Positions 42,715-54,948 of a stretch of 64,000 nt of DNA are shown here, in pieces. Source of the DNA: Histomonas meleagridis 2922-C6/04-290x (Eukaryota > Protista > Parabasalia); contig JAANOX010000150.1 of the NCBI GenBank assembly GCA_020184695.1, positions 62,001 through 126,000 of the forward strand. The letters run 5' to 3'. Each line of letters opens with the position of its first letter. Within the stretch, counting starts at the first letter, position 1. Both the position numbers and the translations under genes were made by a program. The notes beneath the pieces are model-generated. The model saw only the letters and a list, made by a program, of their open reading frames with translations, was not told where the DNA came from and did no database searches.

Positions 42715-44307
42715 TTAATTTTTATAACCTATGAAATACAACATAGTTAACGCAACAAACATAACTATTGCAATAGAAATCAACACAGAATTCACCGGTT
42801 TTTTCTCCAAGAATTCATCATAATTATTATATATGTCAATGTCATACACGTTATTTTCATCTTTTCCATGTAAAGGTTCCCAAATCTGATTAAAGAATGG
42901 GTTCACCTTTGCGATCGCATCATAATTCCAAGGTAAAGGATCACATTTTGGACACCAATGCCCACCTTTTAACACAGTGTTCGGTGTCATTTTGAATGTA
43001 TGTCCAAATGCGCATTTCCATTCGAGAGGTGTATAAAGATCACCTTTCTTCATTTCTTTAGCCAAGCATTCGCCGCCTCTAAATGAAGCAGCTCCTTTCA
43101 TATCATCCAAATCCAATTCTTCGATTGGCTTTTTTTCATCATATCCATGATTTAATACAATTGCCTTATCAGATGGCCTTGAAAGATCTGTTTTATCCCA
43201 TGTTTTTGGTATTAATTCCCATTCTTTATATGATCCGAAGTATGCGCTAATTCTTTTTTCGTCTCTATTCTTTAGCCATGATAATGTACCGAAGCGTTTG
43301 TCATTTGCGATCATGCGCATGAATTCTTTTCCAATGAAATTGGCACCTAAGAATGAAAGCTTGAAAATAAACGGCGAATTCTTTCCCATTCTTTTGAAGT
43401 ATTCATCGATTGGTACATTATGTCGAAAGTGTAATATGTTTTCTAAGACATCACTATCTAAATACCATTGTCCATGGAAGTTACGTGTGATGAACCAATT
43501 CGGTTCAAAGATTTTCTTTGGCGCGTCATGGCCCATTCCAAGTGTGTAAAGGATCTTTTCTTCGAATTGATAATTCGTCATGCGATATTCTTTGCCAGAA
43601 CCAATGTTATAAAAACGCCTCCAAAATGATTCTGGTACTGTGTCAGCAAGGATGTTACACATAAGTGTCGCACTGTCTTCAACTGTGGCCCATTCAAGAA
43701 CACCGCGAAGAACAATGTGGAAAACAATAGGACCAATGTTAAATAAAATTCCCGGATGTAATATCCCTGATTGGCGTAATGAAACCCAATGCTTAAGTCC
43801 TGATTCGGCAAAAACTCGTTCTGCTTGGACTTTAGAGAGTCCATAATGATCATAGATAGAAATGGCTATGGGATCGCCACAACGTGCCCAATGAATAGGA
43901 TCATTGCGATCGCCTGTTTGTGCAACTGTTCCAATGTAAACAACTTTAACTTCATCAGGATTTGGTTGTGCTTTAACTGCTTTGACAATATTTTCGGCAG
44001 CTGTAACATTTGTGGCAAGTGTTTCTTTGGGAATAAAATCTGCTTTTGGTGATACTAAGCCACCTATATGTAAAACATAACTACATCCATCTATGGCCTT
44101 TTTAACATCTTCGTAGTTCTTGAGGTTACCCCAAACAATGGAAACTCGGGGATCTTTAGAGTAAGATGCAAATAGTCTATGATTCTTGAACTTATCAAGA
44201 AGCAAAAGAACTATGTCAAGGTCCTTCCTCCTTTCATATATTTCAAGGAAAGAGGCATGACCCATAACACCAGCAGCACCAGAGATGAAGACCTTTTTGT
44301 TTGGCAT
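42715..44307 (-). CDS. NAD(P)-dependent epimerase/dehydratase-family protein with C-terminal Cys/His motif and membrane anchor
   Basis: FISGAAGVMG Rossmann motif, YGLSK, WKCAFGH...GHWCPKC, hydrophobic C-terminus. Confidence 0.88.
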   Translation of the reverse strand: MPNKKVFISGAAGVMGHASFLEIYERRKDLDIVLLLLDKFKNHRLFASYSKDPRVSIVWGNLKNYEDVKKAIDGCSYVLHIGGLVSPKADFIPKETLATNVTAAENIVKAVKAQPNPDEVKVVYIGTVAQTGDRNDPIHWARCGDPIAISIYDHYGLSKVQAERVFAESGLKHWVSLRQSGILHPGILFNIGPIVFHIVLRGVLEWATVEDSATLMCNILADTVPESFWRRFYNIGSGKEYRMTNYQFEEKILYTLGMGHDAPKKIFEPNWFITRNFHGQWYLDSDVLENILHFRHNVPIDEYFKRMGKNSPFIFKLSFLGANFIGKEFMRMIANDKRFGTLSWLKNRDEKRISAYFGSYKEWELIPKTWDKTDLSRPSDKAIVLNHGYDEKKPIEELDLDDMKGAASFRGGECLAKEMKKGDLYTPLEWKCAFGHTFKMTPNTVLKGGHWCPKCDPLPWNYDAIAKVNPFFNQIWEPLHGKDENNVYDIDIYNNYDEFLEKKPVNSVLISIAIVMFVALTMLYFIGYKN

Positions 44308-44999
44308 CTTAAAAATAAAATGATTTGTTCAATTTTGATAGGACCTTTTCAAATTACTCCAATCGGAATAACATTATGAATTTTTGAGAAATATGATTTT
44401 GTGGTTATTAATTGTATAGGAAACGGCTAAGATGACTAGTTTTTGAATTGCAATTCAAATCAGACATTCAAATTTCAAAGCTGTATATACAGCGTTTGCT
44501 TAAAACCGAAGCGATCAGCTGTAAAAATAATGATCACGGGAAAAAAAGATGTTCTCTATGAATTAATCAAATCTCATCAGCAATGGCACTCTTAGAATAG
44601 GGTTATAATCAAGTTCCTCAAAAGTTAATTTGATTATTATTATTTTTGAATATGTTTAATTATCTTATTTTGTAAGAGCTCAAACATAGGAGTGCGTGTT
44701 TCAGCTTAAAGTTGACTGTATAATCTTATGTAAGAATGTCATTCAAAATATTTTGTAATTATAGTATATATGTTAAATGATTTCTTTTGTGCGTTAATTT
44801 CTATGAACGAATGAGTTCATGAAGTTTATACAATGCTTTGCTTGTGTAAATACATTAAGAAGAAAGTCAGCTGCGTTGCTAAGTACTTTTTGAATTTAAT
44901 TCGATCGGAGACGCTGTTCAACGATGGTGAACGATGCGAGATTTTCATAATTATCGGTGCTATCGTTACGTTGTAAAAAAAATTGAGAAGGAGGAGAGT

Positions 45000-46118
45000 T
45001 TATTTTTGGCTCTGGAAATCTACAACCTTTTGAGCAACAGTTTGGAATAAGTCATGGATGCTTTTTTCTTCCATAGCACAAGTTGGGATTGCTTGAACCC
45101 AAGCAGTTTCTGGACGATCAGACTTTAATTGTGCTAAGAATGTTTGCTTAACATGCTCTATGCATTCATCTGCGTTTGATGTGTCACCAGTGAAGTCTGG
45201 GTATGCAGCTCGGAACTTTTCAGGGTAATTTTCGAGCTTTGATTTGAAAATATCAATCTTATTAAGAATAAGGAAAATTGGTTTGTTCTTAAAGACTTCT
45301 GAGTTTGCAATGCTACCGAAAAGTTCTTTAGAGTCATCTGTACGTGTTGTTGCTTCATCTTCAAACATGCGCTGATCAAAATCAGATAATGAAACAACAA
45401 AAATAAGGAAGTTAACACCTTGGAAGCACCTTGGCCATCTTGCTCTTTCACTTTTTTGACCACCGACATCGACAAGTTCGGTTTTGATATTATCTTGAAT
45501 GAGAAAATCAATGGTAGATATCCCAGTTGTTCTGATACGGCTCTTAAGGAGATCTTCATTAGATGGCACATAACTTGATTGGGCAATTTCCTCGACTTTA
45601 TCAAAGAAATATCCAGTATTATCACCAAGGCCAATTGAATTGTTTTCTTTGTAGGTTGCCTTCACAATGGGGTCGTCCCAGAGTCGTTTGATTTCTTGGG
45701 CTATTTCTGGGACTAATTCATCTTCATTAAGTTGAAGACTCGAAATAACATCAATGCTGCTTGAAAGTTCAGCAGCAACTGATTGACCATTTCTCTGGAG
45801 AGCGTCGATCAGTGACTTCATGTCATAAATAAGATTGACTCTAACAACTGATTTCAATGCTTGTCTTTCATCTTCGCTGAAACCACCGCAATACATCAAT
45901 TTTAGTTGCCTCCAGATAGTAGACTTGCCACACTCTCCAGCACCAAGAGTTAATATTTTGACATCATGATCATCAAATTCACCAGCAGTTATTTTGACAG
46001 CATCATTATAAGAAGTTGGTTTTTGAGCTGATGCCTTTGAAGCTGTTTCATTTGATGGCATAGTGTTGGTTTTTTGCTTAGACGAATCATCAACTGCGGC
46101 CGATCCTTCGCACCCCAT
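45000..46118 (-). CDS. Heterotrimeric G-protein alpha subunit
   Basis: MGC N-terminus, GAGECGKST, RIRTTG, DVGGQKSER, NKID, TCA. Confidence 0.96.
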   Translation of the reverse strand: MGCEGSAAVDDSSKQKTNTMPSNETASKASAQKPTSYNDAVKITAGEFDDHDVKILTLGAGECGKSTIWRQLKLMYCGGFSEDERQALKSVVRVNLIYDMKSLIDALQRNGQSVAAELSSSIDVISSLQLNEDELVPEIAQEIKRLWDDPIVKATYKENNSIGLGDNTGYFFDKVEEIAQSSYVPSNEDLLKSRIRTTGISTIDFLIQDNIKTELVDVGGQKSERARWPRCFQGVNFLIFVVSLSDFDQRMFEDEATTRTDDSKELFGSIANSEVFKNKPIFLILNKIDIFKSKLENYPEKFRAAYPDFTGDTSNADECIEHVKQTFLAQLKSDRPETAWVQAIPTCAMEEKSIHDLFQTVAQKVVDFQSQK

Positions 46119-47743
46119 CAGGCAAAATACAATTGTATTCATTCAAAAAGTTTCTAAATAACACCGTATTATTGAAAAAGTTGTGATAAAAACGTTATTA
46201 TAGGGTGACCAAACTTGAAAATATGATGAAACAGAGAAATTTTTCCTGAAAATCTCAGTTGTTCAAGTTAATTTATATAATTTCTTTATGGGGGCGTTTA
46301 GTCATTTCCCATAAAAGTTGTTATGGAGGGAAAAAATGAAAAATTTCATAGAAAGTTCAGATTGGCCGGCCATTTAGTTATTAACCGTCATAACGGTTTA
46401 ACCCAAAATTCAGAAATATTATCGGCATGCAGATAAAAAAAAGTCAAAAAAACGTTAATGATGCAGATTGTTATCATCCCCAGATTCTCAAATATTTATC
46501 TCTTTTAAAAAGTGTTTAATAAGTTACGGAAAGCTGCTTTAAGAATTTGACGATTTCTGAATAAGATCTAAATATCAAATTTTTAATATGAAGAATTTCA
46601 ATATTGAAGGTCGTTGTTCCAGTGTTTGTTAATAATAGCATGGTAAATTTTTAATAATATTATTAAAACAAATATTTGCTCATCATCCTGGCAGGGAGAA
46701 GGATTTAAGTTACAGAAAAAAGAATAAAAATAATAAAAAAATATTTTGACACGTTCTTGGTACGACATTTAATGACTTATATCGATTTGAAATACAAAAT
46801 GAAAAGGAACTAAGTAATGATGATGAACCTAATGATTCCACACCACCAACATTCGAAGATTATGAATCATATTTATTGCGCAAATGTCCAGAATTTGTTC
46901 ATGCATTTTATAAAAACGAAGATATATCAGACGGTTCAATCAAAGAATTAGTTTCAAGTGGAAAGAAAAAATAAAGAAAAAAAGGCGAACAACAAAACAA
47001 CTCGAGTATTATCTTTAATAACGATGGTTGGTTTTCTGAGAACCAAAATTAATTCAAGGACAGCAAAATAATATCAATGTATATTAGTCCTTTAATGCAG
47101 TTACTGGACTGTTTCCAATGCAGTTTAATATTCAATAAATAAATAAAAATTTCATTTAATATATCTGATTTAATCTTAATTTGTCCAGGTTGCAGCCTGA
47201 AATGGTCAGATGAACGTTTAGCAAATTGCCTACTTTTTGAGAGGTGAATTCTCACAAAACTTGTTGCAAGAGAAAAAGCGCCTGACCTCACTTTCTCCAC
47301 TTTTTGAGTTAACTCATAGAATTATTGTATGAGATGATTCAAAAAGTGGATTTTACAACGAGTAAAAGAAAAATTTATATGAGGTTTATCAAAAAGTGGA
47401 CTTCGTACTGAATTTTTTATTCTTCACTTTTTGATATAACATTGGCAAGGCTGCCGAATTACAAAAAGTTGATAATATAAACCTATCAAAAAAGGTAGCA
47501 ATGTAAATGACATAAAAAGTCGCTGGGTAAATGAATCAAAAAGTTACTGAAGACGTTTATTTTTCATAAAATTAGACAAAGGATTAATCCTCATTTGAGA
47601 TTTTCAACACACAGTGAAGTCAGGCGCTTTTTCTCACAAAACTTTTCGATTTTGAATTCAAAATTGTTGTTGTAAAAAAACTGTCTTGAGTTCAAACAAC
47701 CGCAAAAACGGTAATTTTGGTGCTTCATTAAAATTTAGTTTGC

Positions 47744-48787
47744 ATGCAAGAGTGGAACAAGTGGTATCCAAGAACTGTCGTGGAAATCGAAAATTTACCA
47801 GAACCAGTGCAAGGACAACCAAAAGTGAATCCAGAAGAAATCGCAGAGCAAATATGTGGTACAAAAAATCCATATCGAAAATCTTTCGAAAAGCCTCTTG
47901 TAAATTTTGGAAAAAATTCTGTTTTTTATGGATTTGTATGTGCATTTACTAATCACTATCCATTTGTTCTTAGTCCCGACGCTATATGGCTTCTCATTCT
48001 CCAAGGATTTTCAAGACATATTAATATCAATTCGGAAAGATTTCGTGATTTATTTGTTAGTTTCAAAGGTAAAAAGGATCTTCTTGTTGAACGACTGAGG
48101 ATTACACCTGATGAAGCCACAAATTCCGTTTGGGATGGGATTTTTACTGAATTTAGTCAGGTCATTTCCAACAACCTTCCCGAAGATGTCATTGAAACTA
48201 TAACACCAGACTTCTCAACCACGACAGAACTTTCACGTTCAGTATGTAATATTGCGATCATGTCAACATTTGAGAAATACTTCAATTATACGACCCGATT
48301 TAAAGGCTGTGGCATTCCATATGTTACAATTGAAGGTACAATTGAAGATTGGGAAAGTATCAAAGAAAGATTGAATTTCATCTCTAAATATGATTTAGAA
48401 TGGTGGACGTCGGAGTTAATACCTGTCATTGACCAAATCATCAACACACTTAATGGAGATATTAATCTTTCATTTTGGAAAGATATGGTTCGGAAGAAGG
48501 ACGGCACGAGGTACCACCCAGGCTACTATGACGGATGGTTCACAAGGTTCTTCCCATATGACAAAGCCAACAAAAGATTGAATTTGAAAAAAATATCTAC
48601 AAAAGTAAAACTTCCTGATGAAGTGTTACAGGTCCCGCTCAAGATAGAAGTCATAGGAATCGGTGGCATCAGCTCAACTGACTGTTTCATTTATTCCGGA
48701 TTTGTCGGATTAAAGCAAAATCCAGACAGCTTCCAGCTGAAGCCAAAAATGGGGTGGATGATATGTAAAGCCGAAAAACAAAATTAG
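47744..48787 (+). CDS. DUF4419-family protein
   Basis: AFTNHYPFVLSPDAIWLLILQGFSRHIN; CGIPYVTIEGTIEDW; YDGWFTRFFPY. Confidence 0.85.
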   Translation: MQEWNKWYPRTVVEIENLPEPVQGQPKVNPEEIAEQICGTKNPYRKSFEKPLVNFGKNSVFYGFVCAFTNHYPFVLSPDAIWLLILQGFSRHININSERFRDLFVSFKGKKDLLVERLRITPDEATNSVWDGIFTEFSQVISNNLPEDVIETITPDFSTTTELSRSVCNIAIMSTFEKYFNYTTRFKGCGIPYVTIEGTIEDWESIKERLNFISKYDLEWWTSELIPVIDQIINTLNGDINLSFWKDMVRKKDGTRYHPGYYDGWFTRFFPYDKANKRLNLKKISTKVKLPDEVLQVPLKIEVIGIGGISSTDCFIYSGFVGLKQNPDSFQLKPKMGWMICKAEKQN

Positions 48788-49404
48788 GAGGATGAGTACC
48801 AAAGGAAGACATGAATGGGATCAGCGAATTAAAGAGGTAACAAAAAATGGACAAACAAGAGAAAGAAATTAAACAATGAAATTTGAACATTATTTAATAA
48901 AGAGAGTTGTAATGTTCAATTTTTTGATGAATTTTTATATACTTCAAAATCTAATTTTATTGGAATATTATTTTTCGAAAGCTAAACCCCTTCGAGAGAA
49001 TAACAAGAAAACGTATCATCGTAATAACAAGGAAATAATACCTTAAAAGTAAATCAACTAATTTTTCACACATTAAAAATCTTTAAAATTTAATATGTAT
49101 ATAAAGTTATGTTATGAATATAACATTTATTTTTCTTTGATTTGAACCAATTGTTTTCGAATTTATATAAATCTAATAATGCAATAAATTTTAAAAATGT
49201 TAACACCTTGCATTGATACAGTAATTATATTGTTTTTTCTAGATGGCCTTATGAGTTTCTTATTCATTCAAATAAACTTCTTCTTCATTGGTTTTGTCAC
49301 AGCGTAAACTTTCAAAAAGTATATGGACGATAGGTGTCAAGCCACCCCAATAAAAGCAGTTTTATACAATTTTTGAATAAATAAGTTTCCAATTTATTTT
49401 TCAC

Positions 49405-50664
49405 ATGTCTAATATCGACACTCCTGTTATTATTGATGTTGGTACTGGATATACCAAGCTTGGGTATTCCACCAACAACCGTCCCGATTATATAATTCCA
49501 ACATTGATTGGTAATAGAGATCTTAAAAATGTTTCACAAGCTCAAATGAGCGGGACAGAAGATCTTGATTTCTACATTGGTTACGAAGCTATTCAAAACC
49601 AGACCTTATACCCCAACACTAACATCATGAAGCATGGTCAAATTGAAGATTGGGACAAGATCGAACAATTTTGGGAACAATGCCTCTTCAAATATCTTCG
49701 TTGCGAACCCGAGGATCATCCAGTTCTTCTTACAGAGCCTCCACTCAATTCACCAGATAATCGTGAATACACAGCCGAGATCATGTTCGAAACCTTTAAT
49801 GTTCCATACCTTTATATTGGTATGCAAGCCATGCTTGCCATAGCAGCCTCATGGACCAAAGAAGGTCAAAAATCATTAACAGGATGTGTTGTTGATTCAG
49901 GTGATGGCGTTACCCATGTAATTCCAGTTGTTGAAGGTTATCCAATCTCTAATGCCATTCAACATGTTCCAGTTGCAGGCCGAGAAATGACTCTTTTCAT
50001 TGCTGATTTATTAAAAGATCGTGAACCACAAGTACCACCCGAAGATCGTTTCAATGCGGCACGTGACATCAAGGAACGCTTCTGCAAGGTAGCCAAGCAT
50101 CCAAGTCCCACATTTGCCATGTTTGATAAGAATCGATCCAAGTACATCGAAAAGTATCACGGCGTTTCCTCAAAGACAGGCAAGCCATTCGAATGCGAAG
50201 TAGGTTACGAGCGTTTCCTTGCCCCCGAAGTCTGGTTCTCGCCCGAGCTCGTCAGCAGTGAATACACTACTCCGATTTCAGTGCTTATTGATCGTGCCAT
50301 TCAATTGTCGCCGATCACAAACCGTATGCAGTTATATAATAACATTGTTTTGTCTGGTGGCTCAACGACATTTAAAGGACTTGCAGGAAGGTTACAAGGG
50401 GATGTTCAAGTTCTTGTTGACGAACGATTGAGAGAAAACGCAGAAAGAGAATCAAAGAGAATTAATAGGAAGATAGAAGCAGGTAAAGTACCTGTTCGAA
50501 TCGTAGAACATAGAAGACAACAATACGCTGTGTGGTACGGTGGTGCTATGTTGGCACAAACTGGTAAAGCATTCTTGAACAAGTGCCACACGAAAATGCA
50601 ATACGATGAGGTGGGGCCATCTATAGCAAGAGCAAGCGCGATGTTCGGCGACAGCGCAGTTTAA
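49405..50664 (+). CDS. ARP3: Actin-related protein 3 (Arp2/3 complex)
   Basis: VIIDVGTGYTKLGY, LRCEPEDHPVLLTEPPLN, VGYERFLAPE, QYAVWYGG. Confidence 0.95.
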   Translation: MSNIDTPVIIDVGTGYTKLGYSTNNRPDYIIPTLIGNRDLKNVSQAQMSGTEDLDFYIGYEAIQNQTLYPNTNIMKHGQIEDWDKIEQFWEQCLFKYLRCEPEDHPVLLTEPPLNSPDNREYTAEIMFETFNVPYLYIGMQAMLAIAASWTKEGQKSLTGCVVDSGDGVTHVIPVVEGYPISNAIQHVPVAGREMTLFIADLLKDREPQVPPEDRFNAARDIKERFCKVAKHPSPTFAMFDKNRSKYIEKYHGVSSKTGKPFECEVGYERFLAPEVWFSPELVSSEYTTPISVLIDRAIQLSPITNRMQLYNNIVLSGGSTTFKGLAGRLQGDVQVLVDERLRENAERESKRINRKIEAGKVPVRIVEHRRQQYAVWYGGAMLAQTGKAFLNKCHTKMQYDEVGPSIARASAMFGDSAV

Positions 50665-50804
50665 GCAATAAAGGAACCATTGGACTGGATATGAAAATGT
50701 TTTTGTGCTGCTTTAAATTATTTTGTGCAGAAACACATAATCATTGAAAGGTGTAACATTAAGTTTTTGTTAATTTTTCTCTTTATTCGTTTTATAATTT
50801 TGGT

Positions 50805-50980
50805 AATGCTTTAATTGAGGCAACTAGAGAAGGTAATATTGACGTAGTTATGTTCTTTATTGGTATAAATCATAAAGAAGTTCTTTCGTTTTAGAATTTA
50901 TTTTATAAATAACAGCATATGCTGCTTTAAAGTACGATAATAAAATTATTATTGAGCAGAAACACGAAATTAAAGTAGAT
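50805..50980 (+). pseudogene. Decayed ankyrin cassette(s) with a shortened spacer
   Basis: NALIEATREGNIDVV...GINHKE, then a spacer starting GTTCTTTCG (as spacer 1149-1228 does) and containing TAGAATTT, then TAYAALKY. Confidence 0.5.
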
Positions 50981-51685
50981 AAGAAAGTAGTAGCCATTTT
51001 TAATTTAGAAACGAAAAAATTCTTCAACTTATCCAAAGCAAAACAGGGAAATCATCAACCAAAAAATGTTTCATTGCTTTAAAGTGAATAAATTAAATTT
51101 TCCACAATTTTTATAACAATGAGTTTAAAACATATTGTAACAATGTGAATATACTTTAAGGGTGTTATAGATAAAGATACTTACATTAGAATAAAATGAA
51201 TGATCATGTTTTACGCAGAACTTGAAAATCTTTTAACAGTTAATTACTATAGATACAGTGAATTAACAGAACATTTAAAATTCTGAATTCTCACCAATTA
51301 TGTCGTCAATACAACTAACCCATTTAAACATATATCAAATGCATCTAACGTTTCAATATTGGATTCACTATTAGAAAAGGATACATTTAGATTTCGAATG
51401 CAGTCAGTTTCAATATATTTTTCGAAGAAATTTAAAATTATTTTCTTGAATTATTTTATGAACCATTAAAAATATATAAAATTGTAAAATATATCAAAAG
51501 ATTCCAAAATTGAAAATTCAAATGCACACAAAATAATTTGAAGTTTTGCTTGATTACATTCGTTTAGATAATGATCAAAAAAATCGATTAATTCATTTAT
51601 TTAAATATATTTCGAAACTAATTTTAAAAGAATAAAAAAATACTTATAATTTATTTATATTATTTACTATACAAAGTTATGAAAT

Positions 51686-54178
51686 TTATTGGTTTCCGTT
51701 CTTTAAATTTGCGAATATTTTCCTTTTATAAGGCGTTGACTCTCCGTTATCGATATAATTTGTAAATATCGAAACGAAATCAGAATCAATGAATGCCTTA
51801 TGCGTACTTTTTTGTGTACTTAAAGCCAACAATGTTGCGAAACATTTCAAAGCCATAGAGTTCTTATTTTCTATTAACTTCAGTAAATGTTTTACAACTT
51901 GAACATACGAATTTGAATTTACTAACGGTGACAAAACCGTTATAACCGCCATTATCGGCTCCAACTTAAACGGCTCCTCCGTATCGTTCAGCACGTTACA
52001 TAATTCAGTAACGAATCCGACGTTCGATAACATCATTGGTAACTCGTGCGTGATTCTAATTTTCGTTAGTAACAAACAAACAGCGCAAATTTCTTTATAT
52101 TTCTTCGTTCTAACGACGTTTAATAAGAAATTTGGCGTTAATTTATGAGATAAAAGTCGAATTTGACATTTTTCATGTACTAACGCAGCAGAAATAAATA
52201 CTTTCAACAAAAGTAATGTGATTTTAGGCTTGACTTGAAGCCATTTCTCGATAATTCCATCTTGAAGAATGGGTATACACTTCTGTGGATCTGAAGCAAA
52301 TCGAGCCAACAAAAGTGACGCCTTTTCTGATTTGTATTTAATGACAACTTCAATCAAAACAGTTATCACATGCGAAAGTGGTTCTCCGCTTGCGTCGCCG
52401 CCGAATCTTCGAATGCATTCGAGCGAATGGTTTCGTAAGACTTCGTTTTGTGATAATGAATGTTTAAGTATAGTACTTAAAAGAAATAAATCAGCCTTTT
52501 CAAATAATAAAAATAATCCAATATAAGCTGATATGGCATTAACTTCAAGTTCTGATTTACTAAATTCCGATATAATTTCGGGTGTTACACGTTTCGTATG
52601 AATTAAAATTCGAATAATGTAATAGCCGGATTTTCGATTAGCGAATTTCTGCGCGTTACTAATAAAGAATTTGATGATGTAATCCGAAAATTCTTTGTTA
52701 TCATTTTTCATTATAATTAGACATAAAAGTTTAATCGCTTTAGTTTCACATAACTGATTAAACACTAATTCGAATAACACATCTAAAGAAGATTTATCCA
52801 AACAATTTGGAACAAAACTAACAAAATACAAAAAATAATCCAATGTTGAAGGAGTTATATATTTTGAGATATCAGGTATAGAATCAACGTTATTAAGTAA
52901 CTTTTTTTTTCTAATATACTTAGACATTAATACATGAGCTCTTTGTACTAAATTTTTTGGGTTTTTTGGATTAGTTACAAATTGTAAGAAACTTGGCCAC
53001 AAAAGTGCGCTGTCAAGGTTTAAGTCATTGTTTAACTTCTCAAAATATTGTATAGATTGCTCTGAAAGTTTTCTATCGTTGTTGTTTAACGAAAATAGAA
53101 ATTGGTTCGTTTTTTCATTGTTTGATAATAATTTTGATGATATAACTAATGACGATGCAACTGCTCTACGTCGTCCTTTAACTCGTTGTTGTTGGAAAGA
53201 ACTTTGTGATCTTAAATGTGAAATGGAATAATTAGATGAACAACGCTTTTGTAATAAGTTGTTGTTGTTGTTGATTTGTTCATAAGGTTTCATGATTTCG
53301 TATACTTTGGAAAAGTTGGCATCTTTAAATAAGATTGTTCCGGATTGAAACATTTTGGTGATTTCATTGAAGGATGGACGGACATTCGGATCAGTAGCCC
53401 AACAGTTTTGGATAAGTTCGCTTAGTCCTTGTGGTGTATCATCTGGTAATGAAGGACGTTCTTGTTGAACTAAAACACGGTATATAACTTGGGCTGGTTC
53501 AAGGCCATCGAATGGAATTTTTTTAGTGTACATTTCGTATAATACAAGGCCATATGAATAGACATCAACTTTTTCATTGTATTCGCCTTGATAAAATTCA
53601 GGTGCCATATAATATGATGTACCGCATGTACCAGTCATACCAGATGAGATTTGATTACGAGATGATCCAAAATCGCAAATAATTGGCATTTTTTTATCAT
53701 TAAGTAATATATTTTGTGGTTTAAGATCACGATGGATAAGATTTTTGGAATGAAGATATTGCAAACCTTGCGAAATTGCCCATGAGATGGCCGTTAATTG
53801 ATCTGGAGTTAAGTTAAGTTTTTTTTTGTCATTATGAATGGCATCATGAAGTGATCCATTTTCTATAAACTTTGTTACAATACAAAATGGTGGTGTAGTT
53901 GTAAAACCAATAAAAGGTAAACAAAACTGATGGTTAACAATTGCCAAAATTTCAACTTCTCGATTATAAAGTTCTAAACTTTGTTCTGTAGCTTCTGTAG
54001 AATGGAGTTTTTTGATTGCAACTTTTAAATTTAATGGTATAAAAATTCCAACATATACATTTGCAAAAGCGCCACTCCCAATAATATCATCCTCGTTATA
54101 TTTAAAGTCTGAATGTGTTATCTGAAACATTTTTATAGGTGTTGTTTTCTGAAATAAGGGAATTGGCCTTTTTTTCAT
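51686..54178 (-). CDS. TKL-type protein kinase with C-terminal ARM/HEAT-like region
   Basis: IGSGAFANVY, VAIK, HRDLKPQN, DFG, GTSYYMAPE; long helical C-terminus. Confidence 0.93.
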   Translation of the reverse strand: MKKRPIPLFQKTTPIKMFQITHSDFKYNEDDIIGSGAFANVYVGIFIPLNLKVAIKKLHSTEATEQSLELYNREVEILAIVNHQFCLPFIGFTTTPPFCIVTKFIENGSLHDAIHNDKKKLNLTPDQLTAISWAISQGLQYLHSKNLIHRDLKPQNILLNDKKMPIICDFGSSRNQISSGMTGTCGTSYYMAPEFYQGEYNEKVDVYSYGLVLYEMYTKKIPFDGLEPAQVIYRVLVQQERPSLPDDTPQGLSELIQNCWATDPNVRPSFNEITKMFQSGTILFKDANFSKVYEIMKPYEQINNNNNLLQKRCSSNYSISHLRSQSSFQQQRVKGRRRAVASSLVISSKLLSNNEKTNQFLFSLNNNDRKLSEQSIQYFEKLNNDLNLDSALLWPSFLQFVTNPKNPKNLVQRAHVLMSKYIRKKKLLNNVDSIPDISKYITPSTLDYFLYFVSFVPNCLDKSSLDVLFELVFNQLCETKAIKLLCLIIMKNDNKEFSDYIIKFFISNAQKFANRKSGYYIIRILIHTKRVTPEIISEFSKSELEVNAISAYIGLFLLFEKADLFLLSTILKHSLSQNEVLRNHSLECIRRFGGDASGEPLSHVITVLIEVVIKYKSEKASLLLARFASDPQKCIPILQDGIIEKWLQVKPKITLLLLKVFISAALVHEKCQIRLLSHKLTPNFLLNVVRTKKYKEICAVCLLLTKIRITHELPMMLSNVGFVTELCNVLNDTEEPFKLEPIMAVITVLSPLVNSNSYVQVVKHLLKLIENKNSMALKCFATLLALSTQKSTHKAFIDSDFVSIFTNYIDNGESTPYKRKIFANLKNGNQ

Positions 54179-54948
54179 GCCTGATTTGTAACGGAAGATA
54201 TATAAAGTAAACCATTTAATTTGATTAGCTCATACAAGAAAACTGTAAAATGAATTCAATTTATAAAAAACTGTTTTTCCATTGGTTCATCAATAGATAA
54301 TAAAAAAACATAATATCTCCCTATTACAAATATAATATAAAGATATTTTATGTATTTGATTTCATCTGCTTCAGGTTCTTATTCAAATGATGATGGATAT
54401 CATGGATAAATTGTTATATTTTTTATATTTTTGATATGAATGTTTTATTTTTTTGTGTTATTTGAATTCGGTGTTTATATCTTTGACGTTAAAGTCAATT
54501 GAAAATTCAATGAAGCCAAAATTGAGAGCTTTCTTGTTTGTGTTATCATTATATCAACTAACATATATTTAAAGCTCAAGGAAAAATCTTTCGTTAACTG
54601 GATATGAATACAGAAGTATACGAAAAACATGGCAATGATATCATAACTTAATTTGAAAAAATTAATCGTATTGTAATGAATTTTTTCATATGACTTCATA
54701 AATCTCAGATATTATAAATAAAAAATATAAGGGGTTGAATGCTTTGCATTTTAAAGACAAAATCTTGAAATTACGAAATTTCGGCATACACATTTTTGAA
54801 TGTATTACAATGAATTTTCTTTCATTTGAATCTATCGTTGAAGATTTCGTCTTTTTACTCTCTATTTTTTTTATTGTTGTGATCACAAAACAGATTTCAT
54901 TACACACAAAAAATAAATGTAAAGCGAAATCCAAATATTTTATTGAAA

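Noticed and set aside
44600-44975. Minus-strand frame with protein-like composition and several stops
   Set aside because: Probably a relic, but no family can be assigned; no tRNA or snRNA structure seen
47440-47520. Possible degenerate ankyrin (KAAELQKV...KGSNVND)
   Set aside because: Weak match and no spacer motif at the expected distance
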